Assembly: GCA_021158055.1 (NCBI GenBank)
Contig: JAGGVJ010000041.1
Location: 1 to 49,545, forward strand
DNA: 49,545 bases
Direction: 5' to 3'
Origin: Candidatus Iainarchaeum sp.
GTDB taxonomy: Archaea; Iainarchaeota; Iainarchaeia; JAGGVJ01
The notes beneath the pieces are model-generated. The model was not told the DNA's origin and searched no databases. It worked only from the letters and a program-made list of their open reading frames with translations. Positions 46,012 through 49,545 of this stretch are shown here, piece after piece (positions within the stretch are counted from its first letter, which is position 1; each line of letters starts with the position of its first letter). Position numbers and translations under genes: made by a program.

Positions 46012-48967
46012 TAAGATGCTACGCCTTTTGGTGGATAGTTTGGCTTAGGGACTGACGACGAGCGCGGCAAGCTGCGATAAGCTTGGGCGAGTAGCAAGCA
46101 TATTTTGAACCCAAGATTCTCTAATTGGTTGATAGACCGGGAACGCAGTGAATTGAAATATCTTAGTAGCTGCAGGAAAAGAAAGCAATTGCGATGCCGT
46201 TATTAATGACGAACGAACGCGGCACAGGGCAAACCGAACCTTTCACGGCAACGTGTTTGGAATGTGGTTTTTGGCCTGTTTTACAACCCGATTTTGAAGT
46301 TGAGGTCTCCTGGAACGGAGCACCGTAGAGGGTGATAGTCCCGTAAACGACAGATTGAGGGTTGATTTTACAGTGTCCAGAGTATTGTGCGTTGGATATC
46401 GCGCAAGAATCCGGGGCCACCAAGCCCCAACCCTAAATATTTCCTAAGTCCGATAGTGAATTAGTACCGCGAGGGAAAACTGAAAAGCATCCCTGACGGG
46501 AGGTTAAAAGAGTTTGAAACCAAGAGGCTACAGGTGGATACGGCATGAAAGGGGCTTTTTTGAACGAATATGAAGCGATTTGTTATTAGGAGAAAAAGTT
46601 TTTCAGTGTTGTATCGTCCTTCCGGAAGCAAGGGCCGGGGAGTTAGTTGTGGTGGTGAGGTTAACCCGTTTCGCGGGGAAGCCAAGGGAAACCAAGTATC
46701 CCGCAGCTCACTTATGTGAGTCAGGGGATGGGTCTTAAAGGGCCTAAATCACTGCAGCCATACCTGAAACTATGTGAACTAATCCTGGGCAGGTTGAAGG
46801 CGTTCTACAGAGTGCTGGAGGACCGTACCGTTTCTAGTCAAACTGTTCGGGTGACCTGGGATTAGGGGTGAAAGTCCATTCGAACATAGTAATAGCAGGC
46901 TCCTCCCGAAACATCCCTCAGGATGGCCTGGCTGGAGAATGATGGCGAGGTAGAGATACTGACTGGAAAGTTAAGGATCGAAAGGTTCGGCTTTCCTGTC
47001 AAACTCCGAATTTGCTGTCTTCGCAGAAGGCTGGAGTTGGCGTGCACGGGTAACCGTGTATGCGTGAAGTGAAGAAACTAGACTTGGGTTAAGGTCCCAA
47101 AGTACCGGCTAAGTGTTAATGTAAATGGCGTCATAGGTCGAAGACAATTGGAAGGTTGGCTTAGAAGCAGCCACCCTATATTGAGTTCGTAACAGATCAC
47201 CAGTCGAGATTTATGGCACAGAAAATGGACGGGGCTAAGTCGGTCACCGATACCCAAGAGCTTTGATTGTATCAAAGATTTTGTAGGGAGGCGTTGCGCG
47301 TGGGCAGAAGTCAGGGCGTAAGCTCTGGTGGACCGCGTGGAAATGAGAATCCCGGTGAAAGTAGCAGCTTACCTGAGTTAAAATCTCAGGCGCCGAAAGG
47401 GCTCGGGTTCCTCGGATCTGATCATCAGCCGAGGGTTAGCCGATCCTAAGTTTGTCCTTAACTGAGGCAGACGAAAGGGAAACAGGTTTATATTCCTGTG
47501 CCTTGCAAATACGTGCGGTAACGCTAGTTTGCTCTCTGACGCTTTCGGGTAGTTCAAGCACCGTTATCGCGGTGTCTACCAATGATAACTCTGTGGAGAA
47601 TTGTAATAATGAGAAGCAGAGTAAAATTGCAATGGGTTGTGTATGCAGCTTTGGATGAGCCCAAGAGCCCGTGAAAAGGGGAGCGGAATGGATTTTGCAA
47701 GTTCGTACCTAGAACCAGGACTGGTGCCCCTAGCTGAATAGGCTAAGGCGTGTTGAGACAACTCGATTAAGGGAATTCGGAAAAATGGCTTCGTATCCTT
47801 GGTATAAGGAGTGCCTGAAGATGAATAATCTTCAGGTCGCAGAGACCGGGGGGGTCCGACTGTTTATTAAAAACACAGGTCACAGCAAACCCGAAAGGGC
47901 TCGCACTGTGGCTGACTCCTGCTCACTGCTAGTACGTGAAACTTTCTTTCAAGGGAGCTAAGCGCTAGTGAAGAGCGGACCTAACTCTGAGGTTCTTAAG
48001 GTAGCGTAATACCTCGTCAATTAATTGTTGACTTGCATGAATGGAGTAACGAGATCCCCACTGTCCCTAGTCGAGACTCAGTGAAATCACTACACGGTGG
48101 TGATGCCGTGGACTCCCACTGGGGTGAGAAGACCCCGTGGAGCTTTACAACAGTCTGAGGTTGCTGTTCGTTTTGGGATGTAGAGTGTAGGTAGTAGGCT
48201 TCGAAGCATAGTCGCTAGGTTATGTGGAGCCGGCAATGTAACACTACCCATCCTCGAGCGAATCGCTTACCCGAAAGGGGACAGGTTCAGATAGGTTGTT
48301 GGACTGGGGCGGTACGCGCCTGAAAAAATATCAGGCGCGCCCAAAGGTTTGCTCAGGAAGGTCAGAAATCTTCCGTCGAGTGCTAAAAGCAAAAGCAAGC
48401 CTGAAAGGATTTTTCAAAGAGCGAAATTCTGGCGCGAAAGCGTGGTTTAGCGATCCTCTGTGCCTCTTTGGTGGAGGCCAGGTCTGACAGAGAAGTTACC
48501 CCGGGGGTAACGAAGTGGTAGCGGGTGAGAGCCCATATCGACCCCGCTGTTTGCTGTCCCGCCGTCGACTCTTGCCATCCTGGCTGTGCATAAGCAGCCA
48601 AGGGTGGGGTTGTTCACCCATTAAAGGCGAACGTGAGTTGGGTTTAGTACGTCGCGAGACAGTATGGTTACTACCTAGTGGGAGTGTGAGGTGTCTGAGG
48701 GGAAGCACCCTCGAGTACGAGAGGAACGAGGGCTCGCAGCCTCTGGTCTATCAGTTGTCCGACAGGGCATGCTGAGCAGCTACGCTGTACGTGGATAAGA
48801 GCTGAAGGCATCTAAGCTCGAAGCCACCCCCAAAAAGAGACACCCATACTGCTGTCTTTGATAGTAGTGAAGAGTACTCATAGAACATGAGGTTGATAGG
48901 CCAGGCGTGTAAGTGCCAAGCTTCGGCGAGGTATTCAGCGCGCTGGTACTAATAATTCAGGATTCTG
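46012..48967 (+). rRNA. rrl: 23S rRNA (ends approximate)
   Basis: AGTACCGCGAGGGAAA, GAAGACCCCGTGGAGCTT, P-loop CTGGGGCGG and sarcin-ricin loop AGTACGAGAGGAAC. Confidence 0.98.
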
Positions 48968-49076
48968 CCTTAGGCCGGACCTTTTCCTATACGTGGTTTT
49001 CATAAAAACCATTTCTTTAAATATTAGTTTCATTACTAATTTTTCACTGGGAATTGGTTTAAATTAAAAAATCAGA

Positions 49077-49311
49077 GGCAGTGAGTCGGTGGCTACCGGG
49101 CCCGAAAGGGTACTGAGGAAGGTCCGCCCACTCACAGGAAAACAAACGCGTTGCGAAACGCGCGCGGGAACAGAAACGATACTTCCTGCCTGCCAAGCAA
49201 TGATCGAAAGAGAGCGGCAGACAAAGAAGGTGAAACGCGCCCGCGAGAGTGCAAGCATAAGCGCTAAGTCGAATGCCATCATTTACAGAAGGCGGCCTAT
49301 GACTCACTGCC
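49077..49311 (+). ncRNA. rnpB: RNase P RNA, short (235 nt), type M-like
   Basis: P1 GGCAGTGAGTC/GACTCACTGCC; conserved regions GAGGAAGGTCCGCC, CAGAAAC, TGAAAC, GAATG and ACAGAAGGCGGCCTAT. Confidence 0.93.
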
Positions 49312-49545
49312 CACATGGTTTTTAATGACTGTTTTTAAGAGTATTTTTTTTGTTGGAAGTAGTGATAGCGCTTTTTTTGTTTTTGTAAGTAGAGGAGTTT
49401 GTTATTGGTTTTGATGTTGTTTAAGGTCGTTTAACTTCAATTTTAGTGTTTTAGTTTCTTTTTTAAGTAATAGTTTTTTTGTTAGGGTAGCGGTAGTTTG
49501 TGGTTTTTAAATAGAAAAATTTATACATGTGTGTTTCTATTAATG

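Noticed and set aside
48990-49545. 5S rRNA after 23S
   Set aside because: No 5S motifs were found; the structured RNA here has RNase P conserved regions.

Overview
Core-genome segment of an archaeon, most likely a DPANN-type lineage (tentatively Micrarchaeota/Iainarchaeota-like; this is an inference from divergent 16S/23S sequence and gene style, not a database match). In order, it contains: the 3' part of an acidic S-layer gene, an AT-rich wHTH gene, a UPF0104 flippase-like gene, aglH, truD and aRF1; a ~6 kb three-gene accessory cluster (B12-radical SAM fused to a beta-propeller, Gfo/Idh/MocA dehydrogenase fused to a degenerate CYTH domain, radical SAM-SPASM) with a possible 22-aa Trp-rich peptide ORF; pyrH, dph2, uL16/L10e, DUF2070 and a THUMP-FtsJ methyltransferase; the conserved mcm/aIF2beta/aIF1A/rio1/dim2/top6B/top6A block; a split MetRS, aIF5A, tatD, NYN, a DUF2226/Roadblock-like/MinD module and Lsm; tRNA-Ala(GGC) and tRNA-Leu(UAA) with non-canonically placed BHB introns, tRNA-Val, pyrG, an eL41 gene missed by the ORF track, and tmk; a 16S-tRNA-Ala-23S operon without 5S, followed by a very short type M-like RNase P RNA. 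Most notable: the radical SAM cluster, a covarying hairpin found upstream of both pyrH and pyrG, probable AUH (Ile-codon) starts on metG and aIF2beta, divergent peptidyl-transferase-centre nucleotides, and pervasive short tandem duplications.
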